The notes under the pieces: generated by a model
What the model was told of the DNA's origin: nothing
The model's database searches: none
The model's input: the letters and a program-made list of their open reading frames with translations, nothing else
Shown: positions 54,119 to 62,443 of the stretch, piece after piece
How positions within the stretch are numbered: position 1 is the first letter of the stretch
How the letters are laid out: the number at the start of each line of letters is the position of its first letter
Translations under genes and position numbers: made by a program
Assembly (NCBI GenBank): GCA_027319565.1
Contig: DAHVNA010000001.1
Coordinates: forward strand, 114,716-178,715
Reading direction: 5' to 3'
Source of the DNA: Elusimicrobiota bacterium
Lineage (GTDB): Bacteria; Elusimicrobiota; Elusimicrobia; UBA1565; UBA9628
Length of the DNA stretch: 64,000 bases

Positions 54119-54136
54119 CTGGGCCTTTAGGCCCAG
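54119..54136. promoter_or_regulatory. Perfect 7-4-7 palindrome (CTGGGCC-TTTA-GGCCCAG) in a divergent intergenic region. Candidate operator.
   Basis: Read directly. Revcomp(CTGGGCC) = GGCCCAG. It lies between the start of the AzgA-like gene (minus strand, 54024) and the kinase-like gene (plus strand, 54168). A related half-site, TAGGCC, sits at about 54097. Confidence 0.4.
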
Positions 54137-54167
54137 GGAAAAAATGGGCGTTTAGCTTATACTAATA

Positions 54168-55232
54168 ATGATGAAGGAAAAACTCTTCAAATTCCGAAAA
54201 TTCCGATGGGGAATTGGGTTTCTCGCGTTATGGATGGGGTTTCCCGTTTGGGCTCTTGAGTCTTCCGCGCGCTTTGAAGAGCCGGTTCCAATTAATTTAC
54301 ATTCTTTTTCCAATGCCGTCCAACCCAATGATGTTTTGCCCGATCTGGGAAATTCTCCGAAAGAGATTTCTTTCCCAAGCGAAATTTTTCATAGAAAAGA
54401 GCGCCTTTTAAGTCCTCAGGTTCCTTTAGCTAGACCCCATGATCTAGCAGACAACGATCCTGCTCGGGGCTTTGTGCCATTTGAGAGAGTTGTCGAAAAT
54501 TCCCCAAAATCCGTATTTCAGACGAAAACCGCTTCTCGCCTCAATCAGGAGTCGTTTAAAAGTCCTGTTAGCGGCGGGGTTCTTTTTGACGGCGCTCAAG
54601 AAAAAGAGGGGCCGTGGAAATACGATTTGGAGGGAGCGTTGTGGTTTTCCGGTCAACAGGCGCAACTGATAGGTTCCGGTTCTTATGGGCGCGTTTTTGC
54701 GCATCCCGCTAATCAAGACTGGGTCGTTAAAGTGATTCACGGCAGCAGGATTTACGGGGCGACCGCGTTTTATGAACATCCGGAATTTTCCAATCTTGAG
54801 AAATTGTCTCAAGCCCATCTTTCTCCGCGCCCGATAGATACGGGTCTCATAAATGGCATTCCCTATATTATTTCAGAGCGGGTGCATGGCGCGACCTTAG
54901 GAGACATCATTGGCGAGAAAAAATTTGGCATTAGGGAGTTAAAATTATTGCGGCAGATGTTTAACTCTCTTTTAAAGAGCCGGTTTTCCATCGTCGATCT
55001 AACCCCCAGCAATGTCATGTTGGGGCATACGGCGTCTAATCCAGAACCCCAAGCCTATATTATTGACGCGGGGCTTTTAACTTCGATTAGCGTTTTTGCT
55101 AATCCTTTTATTGATATCCAAGATTTGGTGAAAGATTGCAACGATTTGCTACGCCGATCAGGGAGCGTTCGAAAAATCGAGTTTGCGCGCCGGGAGATTG
55201 GTCATAAAGCCGCGCTTTTTTTCTCGCGTTAA
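54168..55232 (+). CDS. Signal-peptide-bearing protein with a C-terminal protein-kinase-like (PKL) fold.
   Basis: Signal/TM FRWGIGFLALWMGFPVWALESS. Kinase-like elements: Gly loop LIGSGSYGRVF, beta3 Lys WVVKVIH, hinge ISERVHGATLGD, catalytic-loop-like IVDLTPSNVML and DFG-like YIIDAGL. Confidence 0.4.
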   Translation: MMKEKLFKFRKFRWGIGFLALWMGFPVWALESSARFEEPVPINLHSFSNAVQPNDVLPDLGNSPKEISFPSEIFHRKERLLSPQVPLARPHDLADNDPARGFVPFERVVENSPKSVFQTKTASRLNQESFKSPVSGGVLFDGAQEKEGPWKYDLEGALWFSGQQAQLIGSGSYGRVFAHPANQDWVVKVIHGSRIYGATAFYEHPEFSNLEKLSQAHLSPRPIDTGLINGIPYIISERVHGATLGDIIGEKKFGIRELKLLRQMFNSLLKSRFSIVDLTPSNVMLGHTASNPEPQAYIIDAGLLTSISVFANPFIDIQDLVKDCNDLLRRSGSVRKIEFARREIGHKAALFFSR

Positions 55233-55236
55233 TTTA

Positions 55237-57450
55237 ATGAAGATATCTGCTCAAATTCTGTGGAGCCTTTTTCTTTTGATTTCTGCTCCCTTTTCTTATG
55301 CCGCTTCCGGCTGGGTTGAGGCGGATCCTGCGGGAGGCTTTTCAAAATATAACCCGGCGACCGTCGACCGGATTGAGTTTGGGAATCAATTTCAGAATCA
55401 GGGAATGGATCAATGGTGCGATCGATTCCCTCTCATCGTGCCCCTCAGTCAAGACTTTGTCAACGGTTTGGGGCCGGGAAGTTTGTTGGTCGGGGGAACT
55501 TTTTCGGGAACTAGACAATTTCTCCGCTATCCCGATGGCAGTCTTGCTCTCAACGATCAATTGGAAATTAAATTTCAAAGCGGATATGCGATGACCGCCG
55601 TCAAGAGCGCGGCAGGCATTTCTCAGAGGGCTTTAGGGGTTTACGCGGGGGTTTCCGTCGATGGGCAGTCGATTGTCACCCGTCCGCTTCACACCGCTGA
55701 CTCTTGCAGCCAGGTCAAACGCCTTCTCAACGTGCTTGACTTTAAAACCGTTCTCCCGCTCAATGCCAAGAGAATTTCAAAAATGGAAGTGGGGGAATTG
55801 TGGGAAATTCCGCTGGTCTATCAGATTTCTTTTGAGCCTTTGGACGCGGCCCAGGTCCTGGAAACTCCGGGGTCTTTTACGCCTTTTTCCGCTTATTTCG
55901 CGATAGGCTTGTCTAAAACCGCGGACCCCACCGTGACTCTTTTTAGAAAATCTTCGCACGATTTGCGCCTCAAAATCCATTTCGATCAATTTAAGACCGT
56001 CAGCGCTTCCGGCGGAGCGGTCGTAGGGCCGATTCCAGCCACCGATATTGGAACTCCGGGAATTGAGTCGCTTTTATCGAACATGCTTCCGAATCTTATC
56101 TCGAATCCCGCGCTTAAACTTTTAACGCGAGAGGTGGATGATTATCTCGCGGCCCAGATTGCGGTTTTAGTCTCTCAAGAGCGCGGCGGGCAAATTTTAC
56201 TCGAATACCGCTTGGATCCCGCCAATCAAAAACAGATGGAAGAACTCGCCAAGCTTTTGAAAGGCGATTTGAGCGTTCTTTCAGCGATGAAAAATCTGTT
56301 GGTCGACTGGAGGGGACGAGAAAACAAAGATATCGAAAAAACCCTCAACGCTTTAAGGCAAAGGCATTTGGAACATTTGCGCGTTTCCGAATCCTTGTCC
56401 GGTTTTGATCATTATCGACAGAGTCTTAAAACGCTCAATTTTTCGGTTCCGTTTCTTTTTAATTACAGCGGCTCGGTCGCGCGGAACACCGATCATTATG
56501 TGATCGCAGCGCCCCGAGGTCTTGAGTTCTATTCCTATAAGTCTCAAAAACAATCGAATTGGGGATTTTTAAAGCCCCCGATTGTGGGCTCTTCGTTGAG
56601 GCATAATCAGAGTCAAAGCGTGCAATCCCTTGTTTTTCTCAATGCGCGCCACGCTTCTAAAAATAAGGATGAGCAATTAATAGTTTATAACCGGGAAACC
56701 GGCATTTTGCGCTTGGGAGATATCCAGCAGGAGTTGTCTCGAATTGATTCTTTGATTGCCTCTATCGGGTCTCTTCAAAATTTTCCGCCTGAGGCGGAAA
56801 TTCCCAAAAAACTCAAGGATCTTGTTTCCGGTTCCGAACATAAAGGCTATGCGGAGTTAAGCGTGATTTTGACTCCAAAAGCGATTCATCAAATTATTTC
56901 TTCTTCCTCGGAATCTGTTCTCCGTGCCTTTGAGCTTTCGCTTTCCGGCGGCAACCGCGCGGTCTTTGACTATGCCCTCAAATATTCAAGATTATCGGCC
57001 GATGGCAGCCTGCATTTTAAGCGTTCTTTTGTCCGACACTTGGACGAACTGAATTTGCCGGATCCAACCCGAAAAAGGCCGGAAATGGTTTTATCCAAGG
57101 CCGGGGTTTTATTTCACGAAGTCGAGCTTCTAATTTCTGATTTAAAGAGAGCGAAAAACATTCCTTCTCCGGAACAGCAATCAAAAGAGATTCTTAAGAT
57201 ATTGGACGGCAGTTCCCATTGGTTTGAGTCTTACTCTGGATATGGCCGGGTGGTTGAAGTTCTGTTGCGTCTTGCGCCGCGAGACGGGGTGGCCGCCGAT
57301 TTGTTTTTCCATGTAGACAAAAAGAAAACCGATTCCTCAAACCCGAGCAAGCGCTATTTATTTAGCCCAGATATTCTCAGCCAGGCTTCTCTGCGCGCGA
57401 TTAGCGCCGTTGAGCGTTCCTTTATGCCGCCGACTTCGCTCAACGATTGA
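55237..57450 (+). CDS. Large secreted hypothetical protein (738 aa).
   Basis: Signal peptide MKISAQILWSLFLLISAPFSYA|AS at an in-frame ATG with good context. The ORF-track start at 55183 overlaps the upstream gene. No recognisable domain. Confidence 0.4.
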   Translation: MKISAQILWSLFLLISAPFSYAASGWVEADPAGGFSKYNPATVDRIEFGNQFQNQGMDQWCDRFPLIVPLSQDFVNGLGPGSLLVGGTFSGTRQFLRYPDGSLALNDQLEIKFQSGYAMTAVKSAAGISQRALGVYAGVSVDGQSIVTRPLHTADSCSQVKRLLNVLDFKTVLPLNAKRISKMEVGELWEIPLVYQISFEPLDAAQVLETPGSFTPFSAYFAIGLSKTADPTVTLFRKSSHDLRLKIHFDQFKTVSASGGAVVGPIPATDIGTPGIESLLSNMLPNLISNPALKLLTREVDDYLAAQIAVLVSQERGGQILLEYRLDPANQKQMEELAKLLKGDLSVLSAMKNLLVDWRGRENKDIEKTLNALRQRHLEHLRVSESLSGFDHYRQSLKTLNFSVPFLFNYSGSVARNTDHYVIAAPRGLEFYSYKSQKQSNWGFLKPPIVGSSLRHNQSQSVQSLVFLNARHASKNKDEQLIVYNRETGILRLGDIQQELSRIDSLIASIGSLQNFPPEAEIPKKLKDLVSGSEHKGYAELSVILTPKAIHQIISSSSESVLRAFELSLSGGNRAVFDYALKYSRLSADGSLHFKRSFVRHLDELNLPDPTRKRPEMVLSKAGVLFHEVELLISDLKRAKNIPSPEQQSKEILKILDGSSHWFESYSGYGRVVEVLLRLAPRDGVAADLFFHVDKKKTDSSNPSKRYLFSPDILSQASLRAISAVERSFMPPTSLND

Positions 57451-58185
57451 TTAGAACCCGACGCCAATGTTAAGCTCGTAGCCGGAAATGCCATGGAATA
57501 TCATGTAGGCTCCTCTGAGATCCACAAAGGGGAAAGGGGTGATGTCGATGCCGGCCGCCAAACGCGAACCCGTGGCTGTTGCCGCGAGCCCATCAAGGCC
57601 AGCGATTTGGGCCGTGTTGATTGTCGCTCTAGTGTCGTCAAAGCCCGCGCCGATAAAGGGCTGAACGATCGGCAGTCTCCAGATCGCGCTGAGGTCTCCT
57701 GATAAATGAGTCATCGAAAAGGCGCTGTCGTTGATCATGTCTCCCATCGCGGAAACCTCGACCGTCGGTAAAAAGAAAAGGAGGCGGGATGGAGTGAAGA
57801 GTCCATAGCGAAGGCCTCCACCTAAAACCGTCGCGCCATCGTAGCTAAATCCATGAGCTACGACGTCTAAATGAAAGGGAAGCCCTAATGTTCCCTGAAC
57901 CATTGGCAAGCCGAACGCCCCGGCGCCGCTGTTTTTTAGGACGATGTCATTTGAATTGGGGGCGGTTTGCGCTACTCCAACAAGTCCCAGGGAAAAACCG
58001 GGGAAACCATCCGGCGCTGTCGGGTCAAATTCCGCGCCTCCAAGAACTCCTCCGATATCGAGCGCAAAAGGCTTGAGCGCCTGGGAATTGATGAGTGACG
58101 AAAATTGATTAAAGGGTCCCGCCCAGGACCATAGCGGCAAAGATAACGGCATTAACGCCAACAAAAACAGAAATATTTTTTTCAT
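57451..58185 (-). CDS. Probable outer-membrane beta-barrel protein.
   Basis: Signal peptide MKKIFLFLLALMPLSLPLWSWA. Alternating hydrophobic beta-strand pattern. Gly-rich. C-terminal ...LNIGVGF ends in an aromatic residue. Confidence 0.4.
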   Translation of the reverse strand: MKKIFLFLLALMPLSLPLWSWAGPFNQFSSLINSQALKPFALDIGGVLGGAEFDPTAPDGFPGFSLGLVGVAQTAPNSNDIVLKNSGAGAFGLPMVQGTLGLPFHLDVVAHGFSYDGATVLGGGLRYGLFTPSRLLFFLPTVEVSAMGDMINDSAFSMTHLSGDLSAIWRLPIVQPFIGAGFDDTRATINTAQIAGLDGLAATATGSRLAAGIDITPFPFVDLRGAYMIFHGISGYELNIGVGF

Positions 58186-58218
58186 GAAGAAAGGATATCA
58201 AAATTTTAGGAGAAATCT

Positions 58219-59421
58219 TTAATGAGATTTGAAAATGTCGGCTAAGGTCGTTAGTATGACGATATTTTTTGCCCCGGAATAGGACAGGCCGTTGATGAGG
58301 CGCATGGCATGTCTCCAGGATTTTTTGCAAGTATTGAGCTCGTTTGAATATTTGAGAATTTCATTGCGGATTTCTTGCCGCATCGTCTTTGACCAATAAC
58401 GCTTGGCCCTAGAATAGTTATCCTTGGCCTTTTGATATTTTTCCATGGACAATAAAAATTGCTTATGGCCGGAGTCGAGCAAATCCAGAACTTTTTCTTT
58501 GAGCGTTGGGGTGGGCAAGATTTCCAGTTTTTGCTTAGCTTTTTCCATTTCCACTTCCAGACGAGCTTTGAGAATCAGCGGTTCAGGAACGCTTCTTAGT
58601 TTTTTGGATAGACCGATAGCCTGGGTCGTCCACAGCCACCATTTGGTGATATCGAACTGATGCCAGTAAATTCCATTTCTCCAATCCGCCGGAAATTTGT
58701 GATGAAAATTGTGATAACCCTCGCCGAATGTCAAAGGGGCTAAAAGCCAGTTGTCGCGAGCCGAGTTACTCATTGAATAGGGCTTTCCGCCCCAAACATG
58801 GGCGGCGGAATTAATCAGGAAGGTCATATGATGAACCACGACCATTCTAAAAAGGCCGCCCCATAAAAACCCGCCGAGAGGGTGTCCCAAGATTAGGCCC
58901 AGCATTGTCGGCAGTCCAAAAGAGACCGCGACGACTAAAAAAGGGTACCAGCGGTCTTGCCAGAGAACAAGAGGATCTTTCGTTAAGTCCGGGGCGTTTT
59001 TCTTTCTCTGTTCCGCGAAGGGATCGGTGTAAAAAATCCACCCCATATGGGCGTAGAAAAAACCTTTTCCGATATTGTAGGGATCTTTTTCGCTGTCGAC
59101 ATACCGGTGGTGATCGCGGTGATCCGAGGCCCAGCTAAGAACTGAATTTTGGGCCGCCGCCGCGCCAAAAATGAGATAGAAAAGCTGGAGGGGTTTGCCG
59201 CATTCATAGCTTCGATGGGAATAGTAGCGGTGGTATCCGGCGGTGATAGAAAGACCGGTGGCCAAATACATAAGCGCGAACACGAAGAGATTGGCCCATG
59301 GAAATCCGTAATGGATTAAATACCATATCGCTCCCAAGAGAGCGGCGGTTGGAGTGGATGTCAGCCAAAAGAGATTGAGGTAGTTGATTTCTCTTTTTGG
59401 CTGTTGTGGTTGGGTCTCCAC
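58219..59421 (-). CDS. Acyl-CoA/acyl-lipid fatty-acid desaturase (Delta9-like) with a C-terminal extension of about 110 aa.
   Basis: Three His boxes: HRYYSHRSY, HRDHHRYVD and HNFHHKFP. Four TM helices. Coiled-coil-like tail from residue 290. Confidence 0.8.
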   Translation of the reverse strand: METQPQQPKREINYLNLFWLTSTPTAALLGAIWYLIHYGFPWANLFVFALMYLATGLSITAGYHRYYSHRSYECGKPLQLFYLIFGAAAAQNSVLSWASDHRDHHRYVDSEKDPYNIGKGFFYAHMGWIFYTDPFAEQRKKNAPDLTKDPLVLWQDRWYPFLVVAVSFGLPTMLGLILGHPLGGFLWGGLFRMVVVHHMTFLINSAAHVWGGKPYSMSNSARDNWLLAPLTFGEGYHNFHHKFPADWRNGIYWHQFDITKWWLWTTQAIGLSKKLRSVPEPLILKARLEVEMEKAKQKLEILPTPTLKEKVLDLLDSGHKQFLLSMEKYQKAKDNYSRAKRYWSKTMRQEIRNEILKYSNELNTCKKSWRHAMRLINGLSYSGAKNIVILTTLADIFKSH

Positions 59422-59428
59422 AAAGGGC

Positions 59429-60742
59429 CTAGTAGCGGTAATTCTCGGTCTTGTAAGGTCCTTTGGGGTTAATTCCTAGATATTCCGCCTGTTTTTGATT
59501 GAGTTGCGTCAGATGAGCTCCGAGCTTATCTAAATGGATTCGCGCCACTCTCTCATCGAGCAGTTTGGGCAGGGTATAGACCTTGTTTTCGTATTTCTTA
59601 TTCTCGCGATTGGACCATAATTCGATCTGGGCGAGAACTTGGTTGGAAAACGAGATGCTCATCACAAAGGAGGGGTGCCCCGAGGCGCATCCAAGGTTCA
59701 CTAAGCGTCCTTCGGCCAGGACGATCAAAACTTTTCCATCCGGCCAGGTGAATTGATCGACCTGCGGCTTGACCGTCGTTCTTTTGAGTTTTTTGTCGTT
59801 CATTAAAGAAGCGACATCAATTTCAAGGTCGAAGTGCCCGATATTGCAGACGATCGCGTGGGATTTCATCGCGTCCATATGCTTTTTAGTGATGACATCG
59901 CAGCAACCGGTGGCGGTCACGAAAATATCTCCGATGGGAGCGGCTTCATCCATCGTGATGACGGAAAAGCCTTCCATGGAGGCTTGGAGAGCGGTAATAG
60001 GATCGATTTCGGTCACTAGAACTCGGGCCCCCATTCCTTTAAACGATTGCGCGCAGCCTTTGCCGACATCTCCATATCCGCAGACGACCGCGATTTTCCC
60101 CGCGATCATGACATCGGTGGCGCGTTTAATGCCGTCCAAAAGCGATTCTCTGCAGCCGTAGAGATTGTCGAATTTAGACTTGGTGCAGGAATCATTGACG
60201 TTAATGGCCGGAACCTTGAGTTTTCCTTGGGCCTCCCGTTGATACAGGCGATGAACCCCGGTCGTGGTCTCTTCCGACAAGCCGGCGATATCTTTTAAGA
60301 GATGGGGATACTTGTCGTGAATAATGTTTGTCAGGTCGCCGCCGTCATCGAGCAGAAGATTGGGGCCGAGTCCGCCTTCAAATTGGAGAGTTTGCTCAAT
60401 GCACCAATCATATTCCTCAAGAGTTTCTCCCTTCCAGGCAAAAACGGGAATTCCCGCTTGGGCAATCGCCGCGGCGGCATGATCTTGAGTCGAGAAAATA
60501 TTGCAAGAACTCCAGCGGACTTCCGCCCCCAATTGAATCAGGGTTTCAATTAAGACAGCCGTTTCAATGGTCATATGGAGGCATCCGGCGATTCGTGCCC
60601 CTTTGAGCGGTTTTTTGCCGCGATATTCCGCCCTTAAAGACATCAGCCCTGGCATTTCCGCTTCGGCTAAAGCGATTTCCTTTCTTCCCCAATCGGCAAG
60701 AGTGATATCTTTGACTTTGTAATCCATGGCGGCGGTCGGCAT
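59429..60742 (-). CDS. ahcY: Adenosylhomocysteinase (S-adenosyl-L-homocysteine hydrolase).
   Basis: [35 protein letters not shown]-terminus. NAD-binding [27 protein letters not shown]. Start placed at the ATG preceded by AAGGAG (6-nt spacing) instead of the ORF-track start 30 codons upstream. Confidence 0.9.
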   Translation of the reverse strand: MPTAAMDYKVKDITLADWGRKEIALAEAEMPGLMSLRAEYRGKKPLKGARIAGCLHMTIETAVLIETLIQLGAEVRWSSCNIFSTQDHAAAAIAQAGIPVFAWKGETLEEYDWCIEQTLQFEGGLGPNLLLDDGGDLTNIIHDKYPHLLKDIAGLSEETTTGVHRLYQREAQGKLKVPAINVNDSCTKSKFDNLYGCRESLLDGIKRATDVMIAGKIAVVCGYGDVGKGCAQSFKGMGARVLVTEIDPITALQASMEGFSVITMDEAAPIGDIFVTATGCCDVITKKHMDAMKSHAIVCNIGHFDLEIDVASLMNDKKLKRTTVKPQVDQFTWPDGKVLIVLAEGRLVNLGCASGHPSFVMSISFSNQVLAQIELWSNRENKKYENKVYTLPKLLDERVARIHLDKLGAHLTQLNQKQAEYLGINPKGPYKTENYRY

Positions 60743-60840
60743 AAATTTCTCCTTCCCAAGGCGAGACTTGGGCATTTTTTTACTAGCACTAACCACTTTA
60801 TTGTAGCAAAACTCGCTATTGATGAGATACAATAAATGTC

Positions 60841-61434
60841 ATGAATAAAATCAACAGCCGTATTGCCGAGGAATTGACGGAAAGCGGGCGGGTCATCTCT
60901 CAGTCCGCTCAAATGGCCCCTTTGCTTGAGAAAGTAGCCGAAGAATTGGTGTCTTGTTATCGTCGCGGCAACAAGATATTGACTTTTGGAAATGGCGGAT
61001 CGGCTTGCGATGCCCAAAATTTCGCCGACGAACTCGTTGGCCGTTTCGAGCGCAATCGCCCACCCCTTCCGGCATTGGCTTTGACCACTAACACTTCGGA
61101 TCTCACCTCAATATCCAACGATTTCGGTTATGAGGTTGTCTTTGCAAGGCAACTTGAGGCCCATGCCAAGCCCGGAGATATCGCGGTGGCGATATCGACC
61201 TCGGGAAACTCCAAAAATGTCCTTTTGGCCGCAGAAGCGGCAAAAAAATTAGGGCTTTTAGTCATCGGTCTTTCTGGAGAAAGCGGGGGGAAACTCAAAA
61301 ATATCGCTGACTTCTGCGTTTGCGTCCCGTCTAAGACCGTCGCGCGCATCCAAGAGGCGCATATCGCCATCATTCAAATCTGGTGCGGGATTATTGAGGA
61401 CTCTCTTTTCCCGAATGCGCCAAAAGCCCATTGA
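60841..61434 (+). CDS. gmhA: Phosphoheptose isomerase (SIS domain).
   Basis: ILTFGNGGSACDAQNFADELVGRF...DIAVAISTSGNSKNVLLAAEAAKKLGLLVIGLSGESGG. Confidence 0.8.
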   Translation: MNKINSRIAEELTESGRVISQSAQMAPLLEKVAEELVSCYRRGNKILTFGNGGSACDAQNFADELVGRFERNRPPLPALALTTNTSDLTSISNDFGYEVVFARQLEAHAKPGDIAVAISTSGNSKNVLLAAEAAKKLGLLVIGLSGESGGKLKNIADFCVCVPSKTVARIQEAHIAIIQIWCGIIEDSLFPNAPKAH

Positions 61435-61913
61435 GACCGGCGATGGGAGAGATCGTTTCTTTAAAGACAGCCGCGCTGATCCGCCAAAGCCTGAAAAAAA
61501 AACATAAGACGGTTGTTTTTACCAATGGAGTCTTCGATATTTTGCACGCCGGTCATGTTCAGGTTCTGGAGCGGGCTAAAAAAATGGGAGATGTTTTAAT
61601 TCTAGGCCTTAACCGCGATGAGTCGGTTCGCCTATTGGGAAAAGGCCCGGGCCGCCCGCTCAACCGCTTTAAAGACCGTGCCCGAGTTTTAGCGGCATTG
61701 TCGGCTGTTGACTACGTCGTTGGGTTTAAGGAAAAAACCCCTGAGAAGACGATTCGGGTTTTAAGGCCCGATATCCTGGTTAAGGGCGCCGACTATTCAA
61801 AAAACCAAATCGCGGGCGCCGCCTTTGCCGGGAAAGTCGTCCGTATCGCGCTTAAAAAAGGCTATTCAACGACAGCCCTGGTCAAAAAAATTCAGGGGTT
61901 ATCCGCCGCCTGA
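61431..61913 (+). CDS. Standalone D-beta-D-heptose-1-phosphate adenylyltransferase (RfaE/HldE domain II, cytidylyltransferase fold).
   Basis: VVFTNGVFDILHAGHVQVLERAKKMGDVLILGLNRDESV...DYVVGF. HxGH motif. About 160 aa with no fused kinase domain. Confidence 0.75.
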   Translation: MRPAMGEIVSLKTAALIRQSLKKKHKTVVFTNGVFDILHAGHVQVLERAKKMGDVLILGLNRDESVRLLGKGPGRPLNRFKDRARVLAALSAVDYVVGFKEKTPEKTIRVLRPDILVKGADYSKNQIAGAAFAGKVVRIALKKGYSTTALVKKIQGLSAA

Positions 61914-62443
61914 GTTTTCGCCGGTTTCTTTTTTTGGCGCGTTTTTGACTGGGGCGATTTAATTTTTTCCTTGCCCTTATTATTGGCGTTTAATTTTTCA
62001 AGCTCCGCGATTTTCTCTTGCGCTTTTTTAACGTCTTTGAGTAGCGGGCTTGAAGGGTGGGATTTTTCAAACGCGCTTAGATCCGCTTGGGCTTGTTTGA
62101 GCTTTCCGGAGACGACTTCCTTAACGGCGGCGGCGAATTCCTTTCGTTCTTTGAGAGTTTGTTCTCTTTGGGAAACATTAGATTTCTCCCAAGTTGGTTG
62201 ATTGAGTTTGGAGAGGTCTTGTTTGCTTCCGCGCACAGCCGCGACCGCGACTAAGTCGTTTCTATTTTCGTAGCTTTGTCCTACCGATGAGGCGGAGAGG
62301 CTTTGTTCCAGTTGAGTAAACCAATTCATCAGTAGTGTCGTGGTCGATTGCGCTTTTTGAGGCGGTGGCGCCTGTCCTTCGTCAGCCTTCGATGAACCGA
62401 CGGCGAAGACGCTCAACGCGAGCGCAAGGATTATTTTTTTCAT
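61892..62443 (-). CDS. Secreted Lys-rich coiled-coil hypothetical protein.
   Basis: Signal peptide MKKIILALALSVFAVGSSKA. Low-complexity K/E/Q-rich. Overlaps the upstream gene convergently by 22 nt. Confidence 0.35.
   Translation of the reverse strand: MKKIILALALSVFAVGSSKADEGQAPPPQKAQSTTTLLMNWFTQLEQSLSASSVGQSYENRNDLVAVAAVRGSKQDLSKLNQPTWEKSNVSQREQTLKERKEFAAAVKEVVSGKLKQAQADLSAFEKSHPSSPLLKDVKKAQEKIAELEKLNANNKGKEKIKSPQSKTRQKKKPAKTQAADNP

Noticed and set aside
60743-60832. 30-codon N-terminal extension of adenosylhomocysteinase in the ORF track
   Set aside because: An internal ATG preceded by AAGGAG at 6-nt spacing gives the canonical AhcY N-terminus ([12 protein letters not shown]...). The extension has no homology-like character.
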